From Spirochaetia bacterium (GTDB lineage Bacteria; Spirochaetota; Spirochaetia; CAKZLE01): 64,000 nt of DNA. The notes under the pieces are model-generated. The model was not told where the DNA came from and made no database searches. It saw only the letters and a list, made by a program, of their open reading frames with translations. This document shows, piece after piece, positions 49,205 to 59,292 of this stretch. The first letter of the stretch is position 1. Each line of letters starts with the position of its first letter. The translations under genes were made by a program, and so were the position numbers. The stretch lies in assembly GCA_963677595.1 (NCBI GenBank), contig OY782041.1, positions 640,001 through 704,000 of the forward strand. Direction: 5' to 3'.

Positions 49205-49995
49205 TATAGCAATACCAGCCCTATGATACCAAGGGGTATGAGATAGATACTGAAATAATAGAGCCGGCCGGACCCGATCAGCCAGATGAGCATCCTCAGG
49301 CTGAGGTACCCTGAGACCAGGGCTGCAATGAAGCCAGCGGCGACTGCCCCTGGGGACATAGCCTCAGCCAAGGCCCCTGCATCACCGCCGGTGAGGATCA
49401 GCGCACCGATGATCGCTGGGATCGATATGATGAAGGAGAGCTCCCCCGCCCTCTTCCTGTCGATCCCGAGCCAGAGGGCTGAGGAGATGGTGATGCCTGA
49501 CCGGGAGATCCCCGGCAGGGTCCCGAGTCCTTGGGCGATGCCGATCCAGAGCCCGTTCTGGTATCTTGGCTCCTGCTCTGCAGCAGGATGGGTGAACTTC
49601 GTCGATACCAGGACCAGTCCCGTGAAGATGAAGAGGACTGAGACGGATCGCGGGGTATGGAGCATGTCGACTGTCTCGAAGTAGAGTCCGAGACCGGCGG
49701 TCACAGCGGTCCCGATGATGAGCACCACCGTCAGCCGGAGGTAGTACCGGTCATCCTCACCGGCCCTGCCCTTCAGCCCGTGAGCCAGTGCCCGTATGAT
49801 ATACCATATCTGCATGCGGAAGAACCCGATGACCACCAGGAGTGTCGCAATATGCATGAGTACGTCGAAGAGGAGCGGGACACCATCCATGGCGAAGATA
49901 TCCTTCAGCAGCAGCAGGTGCCCCGAACTTGAGACTGGGAGGAATTCTGTCACACCCTGTACGATACCTAATAGGACAGCTCGTATGATTTCCAT
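49204..49995 (-). CDS. uppP: Undecaprenyl-diphosphate phosphatase
   Basis: QGVTEFLPVSSSGH and PGISRSG motifs. Confidence 0.95.
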   Translation of the reverse strand: MEIIRAVLLGIVQGVTEFLPVSSSGHLLLLKDIFAMDGVPLLFDVLMHIATLLVVIGFFRMQIWYIIRALAHGLKGRAGEDDRYYLRLTVVLIIGTAVTAGLGLYFETVDMLHTPRSVSVLFIFTGLVLVSTKFTHPAAEQEPRYQNGLWIGIAQGLGTLPGISRSGITISSALWLGIDRKRAGELSFIISIPAIIGALILTGGDAGALAEAMSPGAVAAGFIAALVSGYLSLRMLIWLIGSGRLYYFSIYLIPLGIIGLVLL

Positions 49996-50040
49996 GGTAC
50001 CAGCATACCGGGATTGGGTGACTCGGACAAGTAGGGTTCT

Positions 50041-50691
50041 TCAGATCCCCTTCGAAAGCATGCAGATCGTACGCTGGGCATCGAGCCGGGGGACCGCATA
50101 GGGCCTGAAGTCGACCTGGTACCCTTCGAGCAGGGTATGATCGACCTCCCCGAGCTCCTTACGGGCTTGGTCGAGCTGTCCCTTGTAGGCGAACATGGCC
50201 CCGCCCGGGGCAAGCAGCCCGTCGAGAACTCCGAAGATCTCCGGGAGCGGCCTGAAGGCCCGGAAGAGCAGGAGATCGAAGGTCCCGGTGACCTCCGTGA
50301 TGTCAGATTGGAGGATGGAGACCCTCTTCGAGAGCCCGGAGGCTGCAAGGGCATTCCGCAGGAACCCGACCCTGCGTCCTGACCGTTCGACGAGGGTGAG
50401 CGGGAGCTCAGGCAGCAGGATAGAGAGCGGGATCCCCGGCATGCCGTTCCCCGAGCCGAGGTCGGCGGCGGCTGAGACCTGATGTGAAGACAGCAGTTCC
50501 AGCAGGATGGGAAGCGGGGCCAGCGAATCGATGATGTGACGATAGATGATCCCCTCATGGTCGGCAGCGATCAGCTTGTAGACAGGATTCCACAGCTCGA
50601 TCTCCGTGAGATACTTCTGCAGGGATTCGAGCTGTCCATCAGCGATGTCGAGCCCAAGGGTTCCCAGGGCTGAGACGAGTCCTCTATCCAC
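50041..50691 (-). CDS. rsmG: 16S rRNA m7G527 methyltransferase
   Basis: HIIDSL, DLGSGNGMPGIPL, FRAF, YKG; immediately downstream of mnmG. Confidence 0.93.
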   Translation of the reverse strand: MDRGLVSALGTLGLDIADGQLESLQKYLTEIELWNPVYKLIAADHEGIIYRHIIDSLAPLPILLELLSSHQVSAAADLGSGNGMPGIPLSILLPELPLTLVERSGRRVGFLRNALAASGLSKRVSILQSDITEVTGTFDLLLFRAFRPLPEIFGVLDGLLAPGGAMFAYKGQLDQARKELGEVDHTLLEGYQVDFRPYAVPRLDAQRTICMLSKGI

Positions 50692-52492
50692 GTTCCCTCC
50701 TCCCGAGCATGACCATCAGCACGGCAATATCGGAGTTTCGCACCCCGGAGATCCTGCTTGCCTGCCCGACGGACAGGGGTCGGACCTTCCGGAACTTCTC
50801 CTTCGATTCGTTCGAGATCCCCTCGAGGGCATCATAGTCGAAGTCCTCGGGTATCCTCATATGCTCCATCCTCTCGAACCGCCGGACCTGCTGCTCCTGG
50901 CGCTTGATGTACCCCTCATACTTGACATCGAGCTCAGCCTGGTCCACGAAGGCCGGATCATACCCCTGGAGTTCTGGGATCGCCACACGAGCCTGATCGA
51001 TGGTCACTTCAGGGCGCTTGAGGTACTGGTACCAGCTCTTCCCCTCATGCTTGCGCTGCCGCAGGAGCTCGGTGATCTCCTCGATCCCTTCGAGCTTCCG
51101 TTTCAGCCGGTCAAGCGCCTCGTCTCCCTGCAGGCCGATCTCATACCCCTTGCGCATCAGCCGCTGGTCTGCGGCATCATGCCTGAGGTTCAGCCGGTAC
51201 TCGGCACGGGAGGTGAACATGCGGTAGGGTTCGTTCGTCCCCTTGGTGACCAGGTCGTCTATCAGCACCCCGATGTACGCCTCGGACCGGGAGAGGATCA
51301 TCGGATCTTTCCCCTGCAGGTTCTGAGCAGCATTGATCGCAGCCATGAGGCCTTGTCCTGCAGCCTCCTCATACCCGCTGGTCCCGTTGGTCTGTCCCGC
51401 GACATAGAGCCCCCTGAACCGCTTGCACTCGAGGCTGGGATAGAGCTGGGTCGGGTCGATGAAGTCATACTCCACCGCATAGCCGGTTCGCATGACCTGC
51501 GCCGACTCGAGCCCCGCGATCGAGTGGATGAAATCTTCCTGGACCTCTTCCGGCAGGGAGGAGGAGATCCCGTTGAGGTACATCTCCTCGGTGCCGACCC
51601 CCTCGGGCTCGACGAAGATCTGGTGACGGTCCCGGTCCGGAAACCGTACCACCTTGTCCTCGAGTGACGGGCAGTAGCGGGGGCCCAGGCCCACGATCTT
51701 CCCGCCGTAGAGCGGGGAACGGTGCATGTTCTCCCGTATGATCTCATGGGTCCTCTCATTGGTGAAGGTGATCCAGCAGGAGAGGGACGGCCGCTCGATG
51801 GCATCCCGCGAGAACGAGAAGGGCTGCATCACCGGATCCCCCGGCTGCAGTTCCATCCTGTCGAAGTCGAGGGAGGAGCGCTTCACCCGTGCCGGGGTCC
51901 CGGTCTTCATCCTCCCGAGGGTCAGGCCCATCCTCCGAAGGGAGGTCCCCAGCCCGATAGCGGCAGGTTCCCCCAGCCGTCCCGATGAGGCGACATACTC
52001 CCCTATGAAGATCTTCCCCTCCATGAAGGTCCCGGTCGTCAGGACCACGACCTTTGCACGGAATCGTCGGCCTCGCTCGGTGACCACCCCGGTCACCCTT
52101 GTCCCGGAACCATCGAGGATCAGGTCTACCACGGTATCCTGGAAGAGGGAGAGCCCCTTCTGCTGCTCGAGGGTCTCCTTTGCGAGACGGTTATAGCTGA
52201 ACTTGTCTGCCTGTGCCCTCGGAGCCTGGACCGCCGGCCCCCGACGCCTGTTGAGGATCCGGAACTGGATCATGGTCTCGTCGATCAGGTTCCCCATCTC
52301 CCCGCCGAGCGCATCGATCTCCCGGACCATATTGCCCTTGGAGAGGCCCCCGACAGCGGGGTTGCAGGAGAGCCGTCCGATCGCATCGAGGCTCTGTGTG
52401 ATCAAGAGGGTCGAGAACTGCAGTCGGGAGAGAGCCAGTGCTGCCTCGATCCCCGCATGTCCCCCGCCTATGACGATTGCATCTACATCCAT
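50684..52492 (-). CDS. mnmG: tRNA uridine-5-carboxymethylaminomethyl(34) synthesis enzyme
   Basis: GGGHAG, SCNPAVGG, GPRYCPSLEDK, AGQTNGTSGYEEAA, EPYRMFTSRAE motifs. Confidence 0.97.
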   Translation of the reverse strand: MDVDAIVIGGGHAGIEAALALSRLQFSTLLITQSLDAIGRLSCNPAVGGLSKGNMVREIDALGGEMGNLIDETMIQFRILNRRRGPAVQAPRAQADKFSYNRLAKETLEQQKGLSLFQDTVVDLILDGSGTRVTGVVTERGRRFRAKVVVLTTGTFMEGKIFIGEYVASSGRLGEPAAIGLGTSLRRMGLTLGRMKTGTPARVKRSSLDFDRMELQPGDPVMQPFSFSRDAIERPSLSCWITFTNERTHEIIRENMHRSPLYGGKIVGLGPRYCPSLEDKVVRFPDRDRHQIFVEPEGVGTEEMYLNGISSSLPEEVQEDFIHSIAGLESAQVMRTGYAVEYDFIDPTQLYPSLECKRFRGLYVAGQTNGTSGYEEAAGQGLMAAINAAQNLQGKDPMILSRSEAYIGVLIDDLVTKGTNEPYRMFTSRAEYRLNLRHDAADQRLMRKGYEIGLQGDEALDRLKRKLEGIEEITELLRQRKHEGKSWYQYLKRPEVTIDQARVAIPELQGYDPAFVDQAELDVKYEGYIKRQEQQVRRFERMEHMRIPEDFDYDALEGISNESKEKFRKVRPLSVGQASRISGVRNSDIAVLMVMLGRRERG

Positions 52493-52505
52493 GGTATTCC
52501 CCTCA

Positions 52506-53861
52506 TCATTTCCCGACGCAGAAGCCCGAGAAGATCGTGTCGAGGATATCGGAGGTGGTGACCTCCCCGGTGATCTCACCGAGGGCATCCATGCACTCCT
52601 GGATATCCGGGGCTATGACGTCGAGCGGCATCCCGTCAGCGACTGCCGTAGCGGCACTCCCCAGTGACTCGCAGGCCCTGTCGAGCAGTTCCTTCTGCCT
52701 GAGTGAATCGATCATGATCCCATGTTCGGCAAGGGTGTCGAAACTCTCGATCCTGAGCCGGGATATGATCTGCTCCTCAATGGAAGCGAAGCCTTCACCA
52801 GTCAGGGAACAGAGCCGCAAGGCTCCGTCAGGGCAGAGGTCCCCCCTGATATCCGACTTGTTCCAGACGAAGATGTACTCGGGGTGATCAGCCATGAGGG
52901 ATGAGACATCCTCGTCCTCCCCGATGAGGTAGACCACCAGGTCAGACTCCTCGAGGATCCGGACGCTCCTCCTGATCCCCTCCTCCTCGATGGAATCCGT
53001 CGACTCCCGGAACCCTGCCGTGTCAAAGAGCCGTACCGGGACTCCCCGGACTGAAATCCAAGACTCGATGTAATCCCTCGTGGTGCCGTGGATATCGGAA
53101 ACGATGGAGCGGTCCTCCTTGAGGAAGAGGTTGAACAGCGAGGACTTCCCCGCATTGGTAGGTCCTGCAAGGGTGACCCGCACCCCTTCGGAGAAGATCC
53201 TGCCAGTCCGGTAGGTCGCACTCAGCGCCTCGAGGGCCTCCTTCATCCTTCCCATCGCTTCCGTGTCGATCTCCTCATCAAGCACGACCTCGTCCTCGGC
53301 ATAGTCGAGCTGCAGTTCGATCCTGCCCAGGATCGTGAGCAGCTCCTGCTTCACCGAGTCGATCTGCCTGAAGAGCCCCCCCGAGAGACGATGCAGGGCG
53401 AGGCTGTGGGCTTGGGATGACTTGGCTGAGACGATCTCCTGCACCGCCTCGGCCTGCGTGAGGTCGAGTTTCCCGTGCATGAACGCCCGCAGGGTGAACT
53501 CGCCGGGGCGGGCATCCCTGAACCCCGAGGCTTTGAGCGCCTCAAGGATCTTGCGGATGCTCACCAGGGAGCCGTGGCAGAAGATCTCGAGGGAATCCTG
53601 CCCGGTATAGCCGTGCGGGGCACGATAGAGGGCGGCAGTGACCTCATCGATCTCGGACCCATCTGCCGGGTCGATGAACCTCATATAGTGTATGGTATGG
53701 GATCTCCCGCCCAGCAGGACCTCAGGATGAGAGAAACAGGGGGCGGTAAGCTCGATCGCCCCTTTGCCGGAGACCCGGATCACGGCAAGGGCACTCTCCC
53801 CCCAGGGAGTAGCCAGTGCCGCTATGGGATCATCTGTATCATAATAAGCATATTTCATCAT
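52506..53861 (-). CDS. mnmE: tRNA modification GTPase
   Basis: IAALAT, PGEFTLRAF, GPTNAGKSS, GTTRD, DTAG, NKSD, C-terminal FCVGK. Confidence 0.97.
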   Translation of the reverse strand: MMKYAYYDTDDPIAALATPWGESALAVIRVSGKGAIELTAPCFSHPEVLLGGRSHTIHYMRFIDPADGSEIDEVTAALYRAPHGYTGQDSLEIFCHGSLVSIRKILEALKASGFRDARPGEFTLRAFMHGKLDLTQAEAVQEIVSAKSSQAHSLALHRLSGGLFRQIDSVKQELLTILGRIELQLDYAEDEVVLDEEIDTEAMGRMKEALEALSATYRTGRIFSEGVRVTLAGPTNAGKSSLFNLFLKEDRSIVSDIHGTTRDYIESWISVRGVPVRLFDTAGFRESTDSIEEEGIRRSVRILEESDLVVYLIGEDEDVSSLMADHPEYIFVWNKSDIRGDLCPDGALRLCSLTGEGFASIEEQIISRLRIESFDTLAEHGIMIDSLRQKELLDRACESLGSAATAVADGMPLDVIAPDIQECMDALGEITGEVTTSDILDTIFSGFCVGK

Positions 53862-53987
53862 CGCGATTATATTCCACAAGGCCTGATCCTTCAATAGTAT
53901 GCGGTTACCCAACCTCCACAAAGAGGTGAATTGACTCTCCTCCATATACTCTAGTAGTATGAAGGCAATTCACCAGAGGAGCAGGAG

Positions 53988-54836
53988 ATGAGAGACCTTA
54001 CAGTCATCATGGAGCAAGTCAAACAGCAGATCCCCCAGGTCGGGGAGTATCAGCTATCGTTCTTCCGCAAACCGGATGCGCTGCAGGGCTATGAGAAACT
54101 GCCCCGGGAAGTCGTCACCGACATCGATATCGCCAGTGAGAAGATGATCCACCGGATCCTCCTAAACATCCTGCCTGAGGCGGGTTTTTTCGGGGAGGAG
54201 ACTGCCCGACAGCTCAGTGATGAGTACACCTGGGTCGTCGACCCGATCGACGGGACGCTCAACTTCCTCAACGGTATCTCTGAATGGTGCATCTCGATCG
54301 GCCTCCTCTACCAGGGAAGCCCCGTGCTCGGCCTCATCTACCGGCCGGTATCGGGGGAGAGCTTCCATGCGGTCAAGGGAGGCGGTGCATGGCTCGGTGA
54401 GACGAGGCTCCCCGTCTACGGCTATACATCAGGCCTGCAGGAGGCCTTCCTCGCGACCGGCATGCCCTTCCGCTCTCCAGATGTCTCACACGGGTTCTTC
54501 ACGACAGCGGAAGCTCTCCTGCCGAAGTGCCGGGAGATCAGGCGGCTGGGTTCTGCAGCCCTGGACTTGGTCTACTGCGCAGCGGGGTTCTTCCAGGGAT
54601 ACTGGGAGACAGACCTCATGGCCTATGACGTCTGTGCGGCGATCGCCATCCTCCAGGAGACCGACCTGGTCATCCAGGACTTCTTCGGCAACCCCTACGA
54701 CCTCTTCTCAAGCAGGTCGCTGCTCGTCGCCCGCCGGGAGATCATCGATGGGTTCGCACAGATCGTACGGACAGGCTATAGCCCCTACATGGGGATCCTG
54801 CTGGAAGGGTTCGACCAGACCGGGGGAAAGGGATGA
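53988..54836 (+). CDS. Inositol monophosphatase family protein (SuhB-like)
   Basis: [25 protein letters not shown] motifs. Confidence 0.9.
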   Translation: MRDLTVIMEQVKQQIPQVGEYQLSFFRKPDALQGYEKLPREVVTDIDIASEKMIHRILLNILPEAGFFGEETARQLSDEYTWVVDPIDGTLNFLNGISEWCISIGLLYQGSPVLGLIYRPVSGESFHAVKGGGAWLGETRLPVYGYTSGLQEAFLATGMPFRSPDVSHGFFTTAEALLPKCREIRRLGSAALDLVYCAAGFFQGYWETDLMAYDVCAAIAILQETDLVIQDFFGNPYDLFSSRSLLVARREIIDGFAQIVRTGYSPYMGILLEGFDQTGGKG

Positions 54837-55678
54837 AATATATCGGGGCGCATGTCAGCGCTGCCGGTGGACTGTTCAATGCCCCTGAGCATGCACACCG
54901 GATCGGGGCGACTGCCTTCGCCCTCTTCACCAAGAACCAGCGCCAATGGAATGCAAAACCGCTCACGGGTGAGGAGATTGCCAGGTTCAAGGAGGCGATG
55001 GATCACTACGGGTACTCACCGGAGCAGGTCCTTCCCCATGACAGCTACCTGATCAACCTCGGGAACCCTGACCATGAGAAGCGGAAGAAGTCCCTTGATG
55101 CCTTCATCCATGAACTTGAGCGTGTCTCGGCCCTGGGCCTGGACCGGCTCAACTTCCACCCTGGTGCGCACCTGAAGGAGATCGAACCGGATGCCTGCCT
55201 GACCCTCATCGCGGAGGGGGTCGATGAGGCGCTCTCTCGGGTCCCGGGGGTCTCGGCCGTCATCGAGACCACGGCAGGCCAGGGTTCGGCCCTCGGGAGG
55301 AGGTTCGAGGAGATCGCGGCGATCATCGACCGGGTATCTGCGAAGGATCGCGTCGGCATCTGTATCGACACCTGCCACATCTTTGCCGCCGGGTATGACA
55401 TCAGGACACGGGAAACCTATGAACGCAGCATGGAGAGCTTCTCCTCGATCATCGGGTTCGAGAAGCTGATGGGAGTCCACCTCAACGATGCGAAGAGCAG
55501 CTTCGCAAGCCGTGTCGACCGGCACCACAGCCTCGGCAAGGGGACTATAGGGCTGGACAGCTTCTCCTTCATCATGAAGGATGAACGGTTCGACGGGGTC
55601 CCCATCATCCTGGAGACCATCGACCAGGAATTATGGGCTGAGGAGATCAGGCTCCTGCACAGCCTCATGGAGTCATGA
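54833..55678 (+). CDS. nfo: Endonuclease IV
   Basis: [41 protein letters not shown] motifs. Confidence 0.96.
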   Translation: MKYIGAHVSAAGGLFNAPEHAHRIGATAFALFTKNQRQWNAKPLTGEEIARFKEAMDHYGYSPEQVLPHDSYLINLGNPDHEKRKKSLDAFIHELERVSALGLDRLNFHPGAHLKEIEPDACLTLIAEGVDEALSRVPGVSAVIETTAGQGSALGRRFEEIAAIIDRVSAKDRVGICIDTCHIFAAGYDIRTRETYERSMESFSSIIGFEKLMGVHLNDAKSSFASRVDRHHSLGKGTIGLDSFSFIMKDERFDGVPIILETIDQELWAEEIRLLHSLMES

Positions 55679-55679
55679 G

Positions 55680-56459
55680 ATGAGAGATGTTTCACTGTTC
55701 AGCGGCCGTGACACCCCGGTCGTCTTCGGCCATCGCGGGTATTCAGCAAAGGCACCGGAGAATACCATGGAGGCATTCGCACTCTGTGCTGAGCAGGGAG
55801 TATCGGGCATCGAACTCGACATCCACCTCTGCTCCACCGGAGAGCTGGTCGTGACCCATGACTTCAACGTGAGGCGGGTCACCGGCTTCGACGGGATCGT
55901 GGAACAGATGGGGTACCGGGAGATCAGGACCCTCGATGCGGGTTCACACAAGGGCCCCTCCCATGCAGGGGCATACATCCCGCTGCTGGAAGAGCTCTTC
56001 ACGAGGTTCGGGGACACCTTCGTCTATGACATCGAGCTGAAGCAGGAATCCTGGCAGGATACCGGGCTTGCATCTGCCCTGTGGGAACTGATGAGGAGGC
56101 ACTCCATCGAAGGGTCCTGCATGGTCTCCTCCTTCAACCCCTTCGCAGTCAGGTCCTTCAGGAAGGCCTCAGGGGGCAGCATCCCCACGGCAGTGATCTA
56201 CTGCGTCTCAGACGATGTCCCGAAGATCCTCCATCATGGGAAGGGGCGACTCATCGCAGGCTGCGATATGCTCAAGCCGCATTATCCCCAGATCACTGAT
56301 GACCTATTCGCTCGGGACCATGATCGAAAGGGGTATCCTCTCGTGACCTGGACGGTGGATGATGAGGAAGAGATCAGGCGGCTCACCCGCCTTGGCGTGG
56401 AGGGGATCATCTCGAACGATCCCGGGAAGACCCTCGCGATAACGTCAGCCTGCCGCTGA
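55680..56459 (+). CDS. Glycerophosphodiester phosphodiesterase
   Basis: GHRG..APENT, ELD, HD, IELK, SSF, WTVD motifs. Confidence 0.9.
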   Translation: MRDVSLFSGRDTPVVFGHRGYSAKAPENTMEAFALCAEQGVSGIELDIHLCSTGELVVTHDFNVRRVTGFDGIVEQMGYREIRTLDAGSHKGPSHAGAYIPLLEELFTRFGDTFVYDIELKQESWQDTGLASALWELMRRHSIEGSCMVSSFNPFAVRSFRKASGGSIPTAVIYCVSDDVPKILHHGKGRLIAGCDMLKPHYPQITDDLFARDHDRKGYPLVTWTVDDEEEIRRLTRLGVEGIISNDPGKTLAITSACR

Positions 56460-56464
56460 ACAGC

Positions 56465-57892
56465 CTATAGCAGCTGCCCTATGATCAGGGAGGCTGTAAC
56501 CTGCCCGAACCGCTGGAAGGCCGCGGTCTTCGCATCGACTGCGGTCGCCCCGACCGCATTGGCAGCGACGGTACCCGTCTCCGCGAAGACCGAACCGTCT
56601 GAGAGGGAGTAGATCCTGGCCGATCCCTTGACTGAGACCACCTGTGACCCTCCCGACTCGACGATGGAACTGACTCCGGCAGAACCGATCACCACGATGG
56701 ACCGCGAATCCTTATAGGTCGTCCTCGCATAGGCGAGGATCTTCTGTTCATCCTCCATATCCTTCGAGGGCTCTATCCTGTTGACGAAGATCCCGTCCGC
56801 CTTCAGGGATGAGATCAGGGAATCCATCGTCACAGTCGAGCTGGAGAGCGACCCGTTCTTCTCATAGTCGAGGAAGGAGACCACGATCACGGAACCGGCG
56901 ACAGCCGATGTGATGGAGAACTCGAAGTCGAGCCCCTTCTCCGCGATAATGGACCGGATCCTCAAGAGAAACTCATCATTGACCCCTGCAGCCTCCTCGA
57001 TGAGGAGGAGTTCCTCCTCCAGGTCGAAATAGGCGCTCAGGACCCCAGCCCCCCGGAATCCCGTATGGCTCGGTGCGATCGCTGCGGTCCCCTTGTTGCC
57101 GGTGGTCACCACCATCGTCTGCTGCCTGACCTTCCCGGCAGCATTCTTGATCGGGAATACCACCTTGATCGGCAGGCCTGAGATCTTCGGTGCGAAGATA
57201 CCCGATCCCCGGGTGACCTGGACCGTGTAGGAACCCTTGGAGGGATCTGAAGCTACATTGGTGAGGTTCAATCCCTCAAGGACGGAGATCGCAGACCTCA
57301 TCAGCCCCTCATACCGCACCTTCGACTCAGCCAGGGGGGACGTATAGGCATAGAGGGCTGCCTCAAGGTACTTCTGGAATGCCAGGTAATCGTTCTGGCC
57401 CCGATATGCGGCCTTTGCCTCGTTCTCAGGTTCGTTTATCTTGTCCTCATCGGCCTTGATCGTATCAAGGTTGTCCCGTACGAGTTTGCTGATCGTCTTC
57501 CGGTTAGCCTCCGCAAGGAGGTTGAGTTTCAGGCCGCCCGCATCCTCCCTGACGAACTCCTCCGTGACGGAGAGTCCCAGGTCAGCGATCGCCCCGGTCT
57601 GCAGCAGCTCACGGGCATACTGCTCCGGTGTGCTGTACCCCAGGAACTCCGAGATATCGAGGAGCAGCTCCTCAAAGGCGAACTGCCGTGCCGTCATCTC
57701 GAACCCGTCAGGATCCACTCCCTCTGACACGAAGTAGACCTTGGTCAGGGAGTTCGCCGGTTTCTCGATGACCCATACCGGGACATCCTGTACCCAGGCC
57801 TGCAGGGTCGAGCAGCCGGTAAGGGAGACAAGGATGAGGAGCAGCACCACCACTGCCGCTGCAGCCATGCTGCGTTCAAGGTATCGTTTCAT
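56465..57892 (-). CDS. Hypothetical lipoprotein (LPP20-like N-terminus)
   Basis: Lipobox SLTGC; P.WV...YFV.EG pattern. Confidence 0.65.
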   Translation of the reverse strand: MKRYLERSMAAAAVVVLLLILVSLTGCSTLQAWVQDVPVWVIEKPANSLTKVYFVSEGVDPDGFEMTARQFAFEELLLDISEFLGYSTPEQYARELLQTGAIADLGLSVTEEFVREDAGGLKLNLLAEANRKTISKLVRDNLDTIKADEDKINEPENEAKAAYRGQNDYLAFQKYLEAALYAYTSPLAESKVRYEGLMRSAISVLEGLNLTNVASDPSKGSYTVQVTRGSGIFAPKISGLPIKVVFPIKNAAGKVRQQTMVVTTGNKGTAAIAPSHTGFRGAGVLSAYFDLEEELLLIEEAAGVNDEFLLRIRSIIAEKGLDFEFSITSAVAGSVIVVSFLDYEKNGSLSSSTVTMDSLISSLKADGIFVNRIEPSKDMEDEQKILAYARTTYKDSRSIVVIGSAGVSSIVESGGSQVVSVKGSARIYSLSDGSVFAETGTVAANAVGATAVDAKTAAFQRFGQVTASLIIGQLL

Positions 57893-57909
57893 CTGCATCC
57901 TCCTTTTCG

Positions 57910-59223
57910 TCACATCCCGGTATTGAATGTCAGGGAGTTCCCCCTCTGGTAGGTCAGGTAGATCCCGTCAAGCTCCGGGAAGAACTCCGCAGTCTCATAG
58001 ACCAGGTCCGCGAGGTCATCGACCGTACCGTCGAAGACGATGGTGTAGCGGGACTCCTCGACAGAGAAGGAGGTCCTCACCAGGGACCCTACCTGTTCTG
58101 CGAGAAGCTTCTGGAACGACCTGATCATCTTGTCGTCATAGGTCTTCATCATGATAAGCTCATACGGCGTACCGCGCCCGGCATCATCGGTGAAGTATCG
58201 TGAAGCGGTATTCATGATCTCCAGCATCCCCCGGGAGACCTCTTTCGCCACAGCCCCGTCAACCGCCGCGGTACGGGTATTCCCCTGGACGGGGTCCTCT
58301 GTCTGGATGAAGACGCTGCCTCGGCCTTCAGCGGTCGATGCCTCGAAGCAGCTCAGGGAGACTGAGGCTTCCGCATAATAGGAGCCGCCCCGCTCATAGG
58401 AGGAGGTGCTGACAGCCACGTCGATGTAATAATCGGCATGGAGGCGGGAGGCGATCCACCTGAGCATCGATGAACTACCCGTCTCCTCGGCGAACGCATA
58501 CTCCTGGTCCTGCTTGATGGACTCGATCTGGCTGAGATCGATATAGGTGAAATCGATGGAGGAGAGGTACCGGTTCGCCGTCAGGACCGCTGTCCTTGAG
58601 GTGAAGGGGTCGGAGACCTGCTTCTCATCATAGTAGACGAGGAAGGTCGGCTTGATCCCGTCGCTCCAGTCGATTATGGAATCCTCGAGCACATCATCCA
58701 GGGATGCGGCATCCTCATACTCTATGGGGTCCTGGTTCGGCAGTCTCAACGATATGGAATCCTGGATCAGGCCGCCGTAGATACCCTGCTTCCTGAGCAG
58801 CTCGGAGAGCTTGCCCAGCTGCAGCCGGACCGAGACGAGGGCCGTATAGGTCCCCCGGTCATAATCCCAGTCAAGCAACTGCTGGGATGAGGAGAGTCGG
58901 TACGCATCAAGTCCCGTGATTCCCTTGAGGATGCGGGAGACCTGGTCCTTGTACACCAGGCCGCTCTCCTGAAGAGCAATGACTGCCGCCCGCTGCAGGG
59001 CATCCCGCACTGCGTCGTCAGCAGCTTTTTCCTCGGTGCTGCCGGTACCGATCCCGTAGAAGAGCGGCATGGCCACCCCATCGGGAACTACCTGTTCCTC
59101 TTCGGCATCACCATCGGTCTGAAGGTCGTACCGCGGACCCCGGTAGACTGATGACACACAGCCGGACAGGCTGATCACAAGCATAATGAGGATCAGCACC
59201 CCGGCTAACTTCTTCATATTCAT
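57910..59223 (-). CDS. Hypothetical lipoprotein (LPP20/FlgT-N-like plus alpha/beta domains)
   Basis: Lipobox SLSGC; YGIGTG....A..DA..DAL..A pattern. Confidence 0.65.
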   Translation of the reverse strand: MNMKKLAGVLILIMLVISLSGCVSSVYRGPRYDLQTDGDAEEEQVVPDGVAMPLFYGIGTGSTEEKAADDAVRDALQRAAVIALQESGLVYKDQVSRILKGITGLDAYRLSSSQQLLDWDYDRGTYTALVSVRLQLGKLSELLRKQGIYGGLIQDSISLRLPNQDPIEYEDAASLDDVLEDSIIDWSDGIKPTFLVYYDEKQVSDPFTSRTAVLTANRYLSSIDFTYIDLSQIESIKQDQEYAFAEETGSSSMLRWIASRLHADYYIDVAVSTSSYERGGSYYAEASVSLSCFEASTAEGRGSVFIQTEDPVQGNTRTAAVDGAVAKEVSRGMLEIMNTASRYFTDDAGRGTPYELIMMKTYDDKMIRSFQKLLAEQVGSLVRTSFSVEESRYTIVFDGTVDDLADLVYETAEFFPELDGIYLTYQRGNSLTFNTGM

Positions 59224-59292
59224 CGCAAACCTCGTATACATAGTTTTGGAATAATCCATTCTTTGGAAGCACTCTACAGTAGTATACCTGAA

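Noticed and set aside
50041-53990. oriC near mnmE-mnmG-rsmG
   Set aside because: No dnaA, parAB or cluster of DnaA boxes; only a single box-like TTCCACAA near 53872
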